Source: Auanema rhodensis
Taxonomy: Eukaryota > Animalia > Nematoda
Length of the DNA stretch: 64,000 bases
Assembly (NCBI GenBank): GCA_964057225.1
Contig: OZ059899.1
Coordinates: forward strand, 434,001-498,000
Reading direction: 5' to 3'
Shown here: positions 45,801-58,892 of the stretch, in pieces
How the letters are laid out: each line of letters starts with the position of its first letter
Numbering within the stretch: the stretch's first letter is position 1
Notes under the pieces: generated by a model
What the model saw: only the letters and a program-made list of their open reading frames with translations
What the model was told of the DNA's origin: nothing
The model's database searches: none
Translations under genes and position numbers: made by a program

Positions 45801-46767
45801 AATATGGACATGGGTAATCTAATTTTGAAAACCGCATCTCTTTATCGTTCACGTGAAGCGAGTTACATACCAAGTGCACATCACGTGTACATTTAATTAG
45901 CATAAATTAAAGTTCACGTAAATTTCAAAGTCATGGTTACCATGCACCAATATCAATAAAAATTTGTTTTTAGACTAATATGGACATGGGGAATCTAATT
46001 TTGGAAACCGCATCTCTTTATCTTTCACGTGAAGCGAGTTACATACCAAGAGCACATCACGTGTACATTTAATTAGCATAAATTGAAGTTCACGTAAATT
46101 TCAAAGTCATGGTTACCATGAACCAATATCAATAAAAATATGTTTTTAGACTAATATGGACATGGGGAATCTAATTTTGAAAACCGCATCTCTTTATCTT
46201 TCACGTGAAGCGAGTTACATACCAAGTGCACATCACGTGTACATTTAATTAGCATAAATTGAAGTTCACGTAAATTTCAAAGTCATGGTTACCATGAACC
46301 AATATCAATAAAAATTTGTTTTTAGACTAATATGGACATGGGGAATCTAATTTTGAAAACCGCATCTCTTTATCTTTCACGTGAAGCGAGTTACATACCA
46401 AGTACACATCACGTGTACATTTAATTAGCATAAATTAAAGTTCACGTAAATTTCAAAGTCATGGTTACCATGCACCAATATCAATAAAAATTTGTTTTTA
46501 GACTAATATGGACATGGGGAATCTAATTTTGAAAACCGCATCTCTTTATCTTTCACGTGAAGCGAGTTACATACCAAGTGCACATCACGTGTACATTTAA
46601 TTAGCATAAATTAAAGTTCACGTAAATTTCAAAGTCATGGTTACCATGCACCAATATCAATAAAAATTTGTTTTTAGACTAATATGGACATGGGGAATCT
46701 AATTTTGAAAACCGCATCTCTTTATCTTTCACGTGAAGCGAGTTACATACCAAGTGCACATCACGTG

Positions 46768-46965
46768 AACCTTATAACCTGTGATTCGAACTTATAACCT
46801 GTGATTCGAACTATAACCTGTGATTCGAACCTATAACCTGTGATTCGAACGTATAACCTGTGATTCGAACGTATAACCTGTGATTCGAACTTATAACCTG
46901 TGATTCGAACTTATAACCTGTGATTCGAACTTATAACCTGTGATTCGAACAATAAACCCGTTCAA
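46768..46965. repeat. 198-bp inserted cassette, copy 1: 9 x 19-nt unit TATAACCTGTGATTCGAAC with variable 0-1 nt junctions and tail AATAAACCCGTTCAA
   Basis: Interrupts ...GCACATC-ACGTG-TACATTT. ACGTG is present on both sides (46763-46767 and 46966-46970). The host monomer grows from 176 to 379 bp (+203). Units start at 46773, 46793, 46812, 46832, 46852, 46872, 46892, 46912 and 46932. Confidence 0.97.
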
Positions 46966-48730
46966 ACGTGTACATTTAATTAGCATAAATTAAAGTTCAC
47001 GTAAATTTCAAAGTCATGGTTACCATGCACCAATATCAATAAAAATTTGTTTTTAGACTAATATGGACATGGGGAATCTAATTTTGAAAACCGCATCTCT
47101 TTATTTTTCACGTGAAGCGAGTTACATACCAAGTGCACATCACGTGTACATTTAATTAGCATAAATTAAAGTTCACGTAAATTTCAAAGTCATGGTTACC
47201 AAGCACCAATATCAATAAAAATTTGTTTTTAGACTAATATGGACATGGGGAATCTAATTTTGAAAACCGCATCTCTTTATCTTTCACGTGAAGCGAGTTA
47301 CATACCAAGTGCACATCACGTGTACATTTAATTAGCATAAATTAAAGTTCACGTAAATTTCAAAGTCATGGTTACCAAGCACCAATATCAATAAAAATTT
47401 GTTTTTAGACTAATATGGACATGGGGAATCCAATTTTGAAAACCGCATCTCTTTATCTTTCACGTGAAGCGAGTTACATACCAAGGGCACATCACGTGTA
47501 CATTTAATTAGCATAAATTAAAGTTCACGTAAATTTCAAAGTCATGGTTACCATGCACCAATATCAATAAAAATATGTTTTTAGACTAATATGGACATGG
47601 GGAATCTAATTTTGAAAACCGCATCTCTTTATCTTTCACGTGAAGCGAGTTACATACCAAGTGCACATCACGTGTACATTTAATTAGCATAAATTAAAGT
47701 TCACGTAAATTTCAAAGTCATGGTTACCATGAACCAATATCAATAAAAATTTGTTTTTAGACTAATATGGACATGGGGAATCTAATTTTGAAAACCGCAT
47801 CTCTTTATCGTTCACGTGAAGCGAGTTACATACCAAGTGCACATCACGTGTACATTTAATTAGCATAAATTAAAGTTCACGTAAATTTCAAAGTCATGGT
47901 TACCATGCACCAATATCAATAAAAATTTGTTTTTAGACTAATATGGACATGGGGAATCTAATTTTGGAAACCGCATCTCTTTATCTTTCACGTGAAGCGA
48001 GTTACATACCAAGAGCACATCACGTGTACATTTAATTAGCATAAATTGAAGTTCACGTAAATTTCAAAGTCATGGTTACCATGAACCAATATCAATAAAA
48101 ATATGTTTTTAGACTAATATGGACATGGGGAATCTAATTTTGAAAACCGCATCTCTTTATCTTTCACGTGAAGCGAGTTACATACCAAGTGCACATCACG
48201 TGTACATTTAATTAGCATAAATTGAAGTTCACGTAAATTTCAAAGTCATGGTTACCATGAACCAATATCAATAAAAATTTGTTTTTAGACTAATATGGAC
48301 ATGGGGAATCTAATTTTGAAAACCGCATCTCTTTATCTTTCACGTGAAGCGAGTTACATACCAAGTACACATCACGTGTACATTTAATTAGCATAAATTA
48401 AAGTTCACGTAAATTTCAAAGTCATGGTTACCATGCACCAATATCAATAAAAATTTGTTTTTAGACTAATATGGACATGGGGAATCTAATTTTGAAAACC
48501 GCATCTCTTTATCTTTCACGTGAAGCGAGTTACATACCAAGTGCACATCACGTGTACATTTAATTAGCATAAATTAAAGTTCACGTAAATTTCAAAGTCA
48601 TGGTTACCATGCACCAATATCAATAAAAATTTGTTTTTAGACTAATATGGACATGGGGAATCTAATTTTGAAAACCGCATCTCTTTATCTTTCACGTGAA
48701 GCGAGTTACATACCAAGTGCACATCACGTG

Positions 48731-48928
48731 AACCTTATAACCTGTGATTCGAACTTATAACCTGTGATTCGAACTATAACCTGTGATTCGAACCTATAAC
48801 CTGTGATTCGAACGTATAACCTGTGATTCGAACGTATAACCTGTGATTCGAACTTATAACCTGTGATTCGAACTTATAACCTGTGATTCGAACTTATAAC
48901 CTGTGATTCGAACAATAAACCCGTTCAA
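48731..48928. repeat. 198-bp inserted cassette, copy 2
   Basis: Same sequence and insertion site as copy 1; 1963 bp (10 monomers + 203) downstream. Confidence 0.97.
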
Positions 48929-50693
48929 ACGTGTACATTTAATTAGCATAAATTAAAGTTCACGTAAATTTCAAAGTCATGGTTACCATGCACCAATATC
49001 AATAAAAATTTGTTTTTAGACTAATATGGACATGGGGAATCTAATTTTGAAAACCGCATCTCTTTATTTTTCACGTGAAGCGAGTTACATACCAAGTGCA
49101 CATCACGTGTACATTTAATTAGCATAAATTAAAGTTCACGTAAATTTCAAAGTCATGGTTACCAAGCACCAATATCAATAAAAATTTGTTTTTAGACTAA
49201 TATGGACATGGGGAATCTAATTTTGAAAACCGCATCTCTTTATCTTTCACGTGAAGCGAGTTACATACCAAGTGCACATCACGTGTACATTTAATTAGCA
49301 TAAATTAAAGTTCACGTAAATTTCAAAGTCATGGTTACCAAGCACCAATATCAATAAAAATTTGTTTTTAGACTAATATGGACATGGGGAATCCAATTTT
49401 GAAAACCGCATCTCTTTATCTTTCACGTGAAGCGAGTTACATACCAAGGGCACATCACGTGTACATTTAATTAGCATAAATTAAAGTTCACGTAAATTTC
49501 AAAGTCATGGTTACCATGCACCAATATCAATAAAAATATGTTTTTAGACTAATATGGACATGGGGAATCTAATTTTGAAAACCGCATCTCTTTATCTTTC
49601 ACGTGAAGCGAGTTACATACCAAGTGCACATCACGTGTACATTTAATTAGCATAAATTAAAGTTCACGTAAATTTCAAAGTCATGGTTACCATGAACCAA
49701 TATCAATAAAAATTTGTTTTTAGACTAATATGGACATGGGGAATCTAATTTTGAAAACCGCATCTCTTTATCGTTCACGTGAAGCGAGTTACATACCAAG
49801 TGCACATCACGTGTACATTTAATTAGCATAAATTAAAGTTCACGTAAATTTCAAAGTCATGGTTACCATGCACCAATATCAATAAAAATTTGTTTTTAGA
49901 CTAATATGGACATGGGGAATCTAATTTTGGAAACCGCATCTCTTTATCTTTCACGTGAAGCGAGTTACATACCAAGAGCACATCACGTGTACATTTAATT
50001 AGCATAAATTGAAGTTCACGTAAATTTCAAAGTCATGGTTACCATGAACCAATATCAATAAAAATATGTTTTTAGACTAATATGGACATGGGGAATCTAA
50101 TTTTGAAAACCGCATCTCTTTATCTTTCACGTGAAGCGAGTTACATACCAAGTGCACATCACGTGTACATTTAATTAGCATAAATTGAAGTTCACGTAAA
50201 TTTCAAAGTCATGGTTACCATGAACCAATATCAATAAAAATTTGTTTTTAGACTAATATGGACATGGGGAATCTAATTTTGAAAACCGCATCTCTTTATC
50301 TTTCACGTGAAGCGAGTTACATACCAAGTACACATCACGTGTACATTTAATTAGCATAAATTAAAGTTCACGTAAATTTCAAAGTCATGGTTACCATGCA
50401 CCAATATCAATAAAAATTTGTTTTTAGACTAATATGGACATGGGGAATCTAATTTTGAAAACCGCATCTCTTTATCTTTCACGTGAAGCGAGTTACATAC
50501 CAAGTGCACATCACGTGTACATTTAATTAGCATAAATTAAAGTTCACGTAAATTTCAAAGTCATGGTTACCATGCACCAATATCAATAAAAATTTGTTTT
50601 TAGACTAATATGGACATGGGGAATCTAATTTTGAAAACCGCATCTCTTTATCTTTCACGTGAAGCGAGTTACATACCAAGTGCACATCACGTG

Positions 50694-50891
50694 AACCTTA
50701 TAACCTGTGATTCGAACTTATAACCTGTGATTCGAACTATAACCTGTGATTCGAACCTATAACCTGTGATTCGAACGTATAACCTGTGATTCGAACGTAT
50801 AACCTGTGATTCGAACTTATAACCTGTGATTCGAACTTATAACCTGTGATTCGAACTTATAACCTGTGATTCGAACAATAAACCCGTTCAA
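50694..50891. repeat. 198-bp inserted cassette, copy 3
   Basis: Same sequence and site; 1963 bp after copy 2. Confidence 0.97.
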
Positions 50892-52832
50892 ACGTGTACA
50901 TTTAATTAGCATAAATTAAAGTTCACGTAAATTTCAAAGTCATGGTTACCATGCACCAATATCAATAAAAATTTGTTTTTAGACTAATATGGACATGGGG
51001 AATCTAATTTTGAAAACCGCATCTCTTCATCTTTCACGTGAAGCGAGTTACATACCAAGTGCACATCACGTGTACATTTAATTAGCATAAATTAAAGTTC
51101 ACGTAAATTTCAAAGTCATGGTTACCATGCACCAATATCAATAAAAATTTGTTTTTAGACTAATATGGACATGGGGAATCTAATTTTGAAAACCGCATCT
51201 CTTTATTTTTCACGTGAAGCGAGTTACATACCAAGTGCACATCACGTGTACATTTAATTAGCATAAATTAAAGTTCACGTAAATTTCAAAGTCATGGTTA
51301 CCAAGCACCAATATCAATAAAAATTTGTTTTTAGACTAATATGGACATGGGGAATCTAATTTTGAAAACCGCATCTCTTTATCTTTCACGTGAAGCGAGT
51401 TACATACCAAGGGCACATCACGTGTACATTTAATTAGCATAAATTAAAGTTCACGTAAATTTCAAAGTCATGGTTACCATGCACCAATATCAATAAAAAT
51501 TTGTTTTTAGACTAATATGGACATGGGGAATCTAATTTTGAAAACCGCATCTCTTTATCTTTCACGTGAAGCGAGTTACATACCAAGTGCACATCACGTG
51601 TACATTTAATTAGCATAAATTAAAGTTCACGTAAATTTCAAAGTCATGGTTACCATGAACCAATATCAATAAAAATTTGTTTTTAGACTAATATGGACAT
51701 GGGAAATCTAATTTTGAAAACCGCATCTCTTTATCGTTCACGTGAAGCGAGTTACATACCAAGTGCACATCACGTGTACATTTAATTAGCATAAATTAAA
51801 GTTCACGTAAATTTCAAAGTCATGGTTACCATGCACCAATATCAATAAAAATTTGTTTTTAGACTAATATGGACATGGGGAATCTAATTTTGGAAACCGC
51901 ATCTCTTTATCTTTCACGTGAAGCGAGTTACATACCAAGAGCACATCACGTGTACATTTAATTAGCATAAATTGAAGTTCACGTAAATTTCAAAGTCATG
52001 GTTACCATGAACCAATATCAATAAAAATATGTTTTTAGACTAATATGGACATGGGGAATCTAATTTTGAAAACCGCATCTCTTTATCTTTCACGTGAAGC
52101 GAGTTACATACCAAGTGCACATCACGTGTACATTTAATTAGCATAAATTAAAGTTCACGTAAATTTCAAAGTCATGGTTACCATGCACCAATATCAATAA
52201 AAATTTGTTTTTAGACTAATATGGACATGGGGAATCTAATTTTGAAAACCGCATCTCTTTATCTTTCACGTGAAGCGAGTTACATACCAAGTGCACATCA
52301 CGTGTACATTTAATTAGCATAAATTGAAGTTCACGTAAATTTCAAAGTCATGGTTACCATGAACCAATATCGATAAAAATTTGTTTTTAGACTAATATGG
52401 ACATGGGGAATCTAATTTTGAAAACCGCATCTCTTTATCTTTCACGTGAAGCGAGTTACATACCAAGTACACATCACGTGTACATTTAATTAGCATAAAT
52501 TAAAGTTCACGTAAATTTCAAAGTCATGGTTACCATGCACCAATATCAATAAAAATTTGTTTTTAGACTAATATGGACATGGGGAATCTAATTTTGAAAA
52601 CCGCATCTCTTTATCTTTCACGTGAAGCGAGTTACATACCAAGTGCACATCACGTGTACATTTAATTAGCATAAATTAAAGTTCACGTAAATTTCAAAGT
52701 CATGGTTACCATGCACCAATATCAATAAAAATTTGTTTTTAGACTAATATGGACATGGGGAATCTAATTTTGAAAACCGCATCTCTTTATCTTTCACGTG
52801 AAGCGAGTTACATACCAAGTGCACATCACGTG

Positions 52833-53030
52833 AACCTTATAACCTGTGATTCGAACTTATAACCTGTGATTCGAACTATAACCTGTGATTCGAACCTATA
52901 ACCTGTGATTCGAACGTATAACCTGTGATTCGAACGTATAACCTGTGATTCGAACTTATAACCTGTGATTCGAACTTATAACCTGTGATTCGAACTTATA
53001 ACCTGTGATTCGAACAATAAACCCGTTCAA
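52833..53030. repeat. 198-bp inserted cassette, copy 4
   Basis: Same sequence and site; 2139 bp (11 monomers + 203) after copy 3. Confidence 0.97.
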
Positions 53031-56000
53031 ACGTGTACATTTAATTAGCATAAATTAAAGTTCACGTAAATTTCAAAGTCATGGTTACCATGCACCAATA
53101 TCAATAAAAATTTGTTTTTAGACTAATATGGACATGGGGAATCTAATTTTGAAAACCGCATCTCTTCATCTTTCACGTGAAGCGAGTTACATACCAAGTG
53201 CACATCACGTGTACATTTAATTAGCATAAATTAAAGTTCACGTAAATTTCAAAGTCATGGTTACCATGCACCAATATCAATAAAAATTTGTTTTTAGACT
53301 AATATGGACATGGGGAATCTAATTTTGGAAACCGCATCTCTTTATCTTTCACGTGAAGCGAGTTACATACCAAGTGCACATCACGTGTACATTTAATTAG
53401 CATAAATTAAAGTTCACGTAAATTTCAAAGTCATGGTTACCATGAACCAATATCAATAAAAATATGTTTTTAGACTAATATGGACATGGGGAATCTAATT
53501 TTGAAAACCGCATCTCTTTATCTTTCACGTGAAGCGAGTTACATACCAAGTGCACATCACGTGTACATTTAATTAGCATAAATTAAAGTTCACGTAAATT
53601 TCAAAGTCATGGTTACCATGCACCAATATCAATAAAAATTTGTTTTTAGACTAATATGGACATGGGGAATCTAATTTTGAAAACCGCATCTCTTCATCTT
53701 TCACGTGAAGCGAGTTACATACCAAGTGCACATCACGTGTACATTTAATTAGCATAAATTAAAGTTCACGTAAATTTCAAAGTCATGGTTACCATGCACC
53801 AATATCAATAAAAATTTGTTTTTAGACTAATATGGACATGGGGAATCTAATTTTGAAAACCGCATCTCTTTATTTTTCACGTGAAGCGAGTTACATACCA
53901 AGTGCACATCACGTGTACATTTAATTAGCATAAATTAAAGTTCACGTAAATTTCAAAGTCATGGTTACCATGAACCAATATCAATAAAAATTTGTTTTTA
54001 GACTAATATGGACATGGGGAATCTAATTTTGAAAACCGCATCTCTTTATCGTTCACGTGAAGCGAGTTACATACCAAGTGCACATCACGTGTACATTTAA
54101 TTAGCATAAATTAAAGTTCACGTAAATTTCAAAGTCATGGTTACCATGCACCAATATCAATAAAAATTTGTTTTTAGACTAATATGGACATGGGGAATCT
54201 AATTTTGAAAACCGCATCTCTTTATCTTTCACGTGAAGCGAGTTACATACCAAGTGCACATCACGTGTACATTTAATTAGCATAAATTAAAGTTCACGTA
54301 AATTTCAAAGTCATGGTTACCATGAACCAATATCAATAAAAATATGTTTTTAGACTAATATGGACATGGGGAATCTAATTTTGAAAACCGCATCTCTTTA
54401 TCTTTCACGTGAAGCGAGTTACATACCAAGTGCACATCACGTGTACATTTAATTAGCATAAATTAAAGTTCACGTAAATTTCAAAGTCATGGTTACCATG
54501 CACCAATATCAATAAAAATTTGTTTTTAGACTAATATGGACATGGGGAATCTAATTTTGAAAACCGCATCTCTTCATCTTTCACGTGAAGCGAGTTACAT
54601 ACCAAGTGCACATCACGTGTACATTTAATTAGCATAAATTAAAGTTCACGTAAATTTCAAAGTCATGGTTACCATGCACCAATATCAATAAAAATTTGTT
54701 TTTAGACTAATATGGACATGGGGAATCTAATTTTGAAAACCGCATCTCTTTATTTTTCACGTGAAGCGAGTTACATACCAAGTGCACATCACGTGTACAT
54801 TTAATTAGCATAAATTAAAGTTCACGTAAATTTCAAAGTCATGGTTACCAAGCACCAATATCAATAAAAATTTGTTTTTAGACTAATATGGACATGGGGA
54901 ATCTAATTTTGAAAACCGCATCTCTTTATCTTTCACGTGAAGCGAGTTACATACCAAGGGCACATCACGTGTACATTTAATTAGCATAAATTAAAGTTCA
55001 CGTAAATTTCAAAGTCATGGTTACCATGCACCAATATCAATAAAAAATTGTTTTTAGACTAATATGGACATGGGGAATCTAATTTTGAAAACCGCATCTC
55101 TTTATCTTTCACGTGAAGCGAGTTACATACCAAGTGCACATCACGTGTACATTTAATTAGCATAAATTAAAGTTCACGTAAATTTCAAAGTCATGGTTAC
55201 CATGAACCAATATCAATAAAAATTTGTTTTTAGACTAATATGGACATGGGGAATCTAATTTTGAAAACCGCATCTCTTTATCTTTCACGTGAAGCGAGTT
55301 ACATACCAAGGGCACATCACGTGTACATTTAATTAGCATAAATTAAAGTTCACGTAAATTTCAAAGTCATGGTTACCATGCACCAATATCAATAAAAATT
55401 TGTTTTTAGACTAATATGGACATGGGGAATCTAATTTTGAAAACCGCATCTCTTTATCTTTCACGTGAAGCGAGTTACATACCAAGAGCACATCACGTGT
55501 ACATTTAATTAGCATAAATTGAAGTTCACGTAAATTTCAAAGTCATGGTTACCATGAACCAATATCAATAAAAATATGTTTTTAGACTAATATGGACATG
55601 GGGAATCTAATTTTGAAAACCGCATCTCTTTATCTTTCACGTGAAGCGAGTTACATACCAAGTGCACATCACGTGTACATTTAATTAGCATAAATTAAAG
55701 TTCACGTAAATTTCAAAGTCATGGTTACCATGCACCAATATCAATAAAAATTTGTTTTTAGACTAATATGGACATGGGGAATCTAATTTTGAAAACCGCA
55801 TCTCTTTATCTTTCACGTGAAGCGAGTTACATACCAAGTGCACATCACGTGTACATTTAATTAGCATAAATTGAAGTTCACGTAAATTTCAAAGTCATGG
55901 TTACCATGAACCAATATCAATAAAAATTTGTTTTTAGACTAATATGGACATGGGGAATCTAATTTTGAAAACCGCATCTCTTTATCTTTCACGTGAAGCG

Positions 56001-56379
56001 AGTTACATACCAAGTACACATCACGTGTACATTTAATTAGCATAAATTAAAGTTCACGTAAATTTCAAAGTCATGGTTACCATGCACCAATATCAATAAA
56101 AATTTGTTTTTAGACTAATATGGACATGGGGAATCTAATTTTGAAAACCGCATCTCTTTATCTTTCACGTGAAGCGAGTTACATACCAAGTGCACATCAC
56201 GTGTACATTTAATTAGCATAAATTAAAGTTCACGTAAATTTCAAAGTCATGGTTACCATGCACCAATATCAATAAAAATTTGTTTTTAGACTAATATGGA
56301 CATGGGGAATCTAATTTTGAAAACCGCATCTCTTTATCTTTCACGTGAAGCGAGTTACATACCAAGTGCACATCACGTG

Positions 56380-56577
56380 AACCTTATAACCTGTGATTCG
56401 AACTTATAACCTGTGATTCGAACTATAACCTGTGATTCGAACCTATAACCTGTGATTCGAACGTATAACCTGTGATTCGAACGTATAACCTGTGATTCGA
56501 ACTTATAACCTGTGATTCGAACTTATAACCTGTGATTCGAACTTATAACCTGTGATTCGAACAATAAACCCGTTCAA
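56380..56577. repeat. 198-bp inserted cassette, copy 5
   Basis: Same sequence and site; 3547 bp (19 monomers + 203) after copy 4. Confidence 0.97.
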
Positions 56578-58694
56578 ACGTGTACATTTAATTAGCATAA
56601 ATTAAAGTTCACGTAAATTTCAAAGTCATGGTTACCATGCACCAATATCAATAAAAATTTGTTTTTAGACTAATATGGACATGGGGAATCTAATTTTGAA
56701 AACCGCATCTCTTCATCTTTCACGTGAAGCGAGTTACATACCAAGTGCACATCACGTGTACATTTAATTAGCATAAATTAAAGTTCACGTAAATTTCAAA
56801 GTCATGGTTACCATGCACCAATATCAATAAAAATTTGTTTTTAGACTAATATGGACATGGGGAATCTAATTTTGGAAACCGCATCTCTTTATCTTTCACG
56901 TGAAGCGAGTTACATACCAAGAGCACATCACGTGTACATTTAATTAGCATAAATTGAAGTTCACGTAAATTTCAAAGTCATGGTTACCATGAACCAATAT
57001 CAATAAAAATATGTTTTTAGACTAATATGGACATGGGGAATCTAATTTTGAAAACCGCATCTCTTTATCTTTCACGTGAAGCGAGTTACATACCAAGGGC
57101 ACATCACGTGTACATTTAATTAGCATAAATTAAAGTTCACGTAAATTTCAAAGTCATGGTTACCATGCACCAATATCAATAAAAATTTGTTTTTAGACTA
57201 ATATGGACATGGGGAATCTAATTTTGAAAACCGCATCTCTTTATCTTTCACGTGAAGCGAGTTACATACCAAGTGCACATCACGTGTACATTTAATTAGC
57301 ATAAATTAAAGTTCACGTAAATTTCAAAGTCATGGTTACCATGAACCAATATCAATAAAAATTTGTTTTTAGACTAATATGGACATGGGGAATCTAATTT
57401 TGAAAACCGCATCTCTTTATCGTTCACGTGAAGCGAGTTACATACCAAGTGCACATCACGTGTACATTTAATTAGCATAAATTAAAGTTCACGTAAATTT
57501 CAAAGTCATGGTTACCATGCACCAATATCAATAAAAATTTGTTTTTAGACTAATATGGACATGGGGAATCTAATTTTGGAAACCGCATCTCTTTATCTTT
57601 CACGTGAAGCGAGTTACATACCAAGAGCACATCACGTGTACATTTAATTAGCATAAATTGAAGTTCACGTAAATTTCAAAGTCATGGTTACCATGAACCA
57701 ATATCAATAAAAATATGTTTTTAGACTAATATGGACATGGGGAATCTAATTTTGAAAACCGCATCTCTTTATCTTTCACGTGAAGCGAGTTACATACCAA
57801 GTGCACATCACGTGTACATTTAATTAGCATAAATTAAAGTTCACGTAAATTTCAAAGTCATGGTTACCATGAACCAATATCAATAAAAATATGTTTTTAG
57901 ACTAATATGGACATGGGGAATCTAATTTTGAAAACCGCATCTCTTTATCTTTCACGTGAAGCGAGTTACATACCAAGTGCACATCACGTGTACATTTAAT
58001 TAGCATAAATTGAAGTTCACGTAAATTTCAAAGTCATGGTTACCATGAACCAATATCAATAAAAATTTGTTTTTAGACTAATATGGACATGGGGAATCTA
58101 ATTTTGAAAATTGCATCTCTTTATCTTTCACGTGAAGCGAGTTACATACCAAGTACACATCACGTGTACATTTAATTAGCATAAATTAAAGTTCACGTAA
58201 ATTTCAAAGTCATGGTTACCATGCACCAATATCAATAAAAATTTGTTTTTAGACTAATATGGACATGGGGAATCTAATTTTGAAAACCGCATCTTTTTAT
58301 CTTTAACGTGAAGCGAGTTACATACCATGTGCACATCACGTGTACATTTAATTAGCATGAATTAAAGTTCACGTAAATTTCAAAGTCATGGTTACCATGA
58401 ACCAATATCAATAAAAATTTGTTTTTAGACTAATATGGACATGGGGAATCTAATTTTGAAAACCGCATCTCTTTATCTTTCACGTGAAGCGAGTTACATA
58501 CCAAGTGCACATCACGTGTACATTTAATTAGCATAAATTAAAGTTCACGTAAATTTCAAAGTCATGGTTACCATGCACCAATATCAATAAAAATTTGTTT
58601 TCAGACTAATATGGACATGGGGAATCTAATTTTGAAAACCGCATCTCTTTATCTTTCACGTGAAGCGAGTTACATACCAAGTGCACATCACGTG

Positions 58695-58892
58695 AACCTT
58701 ATAACCTGTGATTCGAACTTATAACCTGTGATTCGAACTATAACCTGTGATTCGAACCTATAACCTGTGATTCGAACGTATAACCTGTGATTCGAACGTA
58801 TAACCTGTGATTCGAACTTATAACCTGTGATTCGAACTTATAACCTGTGATTCGAACTTATAACCTGTGATTCGAACAATAAACCCGTTCAA
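58695..58892. repeat. 198-bp inserted cassette, copy 6
   Basis: Same sequence and site; 2315 bp (12 monomers + 203) after copy 5. Confidence 0.97.

Larger units (their letters stand above)
45800..51000. repeat. Cassette-bearing HOR, 1963-bp period (10 monomers + 203 bp)
   Basis: Cassettes at 46768, 48731 and 50694; private ATCCAATT variant at 47431/49394. Confidence 0.88.

Noticed and set aside
46773-46950. tRNA gene or heat-shock element array
   Set aside because: Only a T-loop-like 9-mer is present with no cloverleaf, and TTCGAA lacks the nGAAnnTTCn spacing of a heat-shock element.
46951-46959. AATAAA poly(A) signal and a single plant-type telomere unit TAAACCC in the tail
   Set aside because: These are single short motifs in AT-rich DNA, with no poly(A) tract, and are better explained as a degenerate tenth unit.
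46768-46965. CRISPR array (short direct repeats ending GAAC, with a TTCGAA palindrome)
   Set aside because: Repeats are separated by 0-1 nt, with no unique spacers, leader or cas genes.
46766-46970. MITE or Helitron call for the cassette
   Set aside because: The inverted ends are only 5 bp and overlap the duplication, there are no Helitron TC/CTRR ends, and all copies share one site, so independent mobility is not shown.
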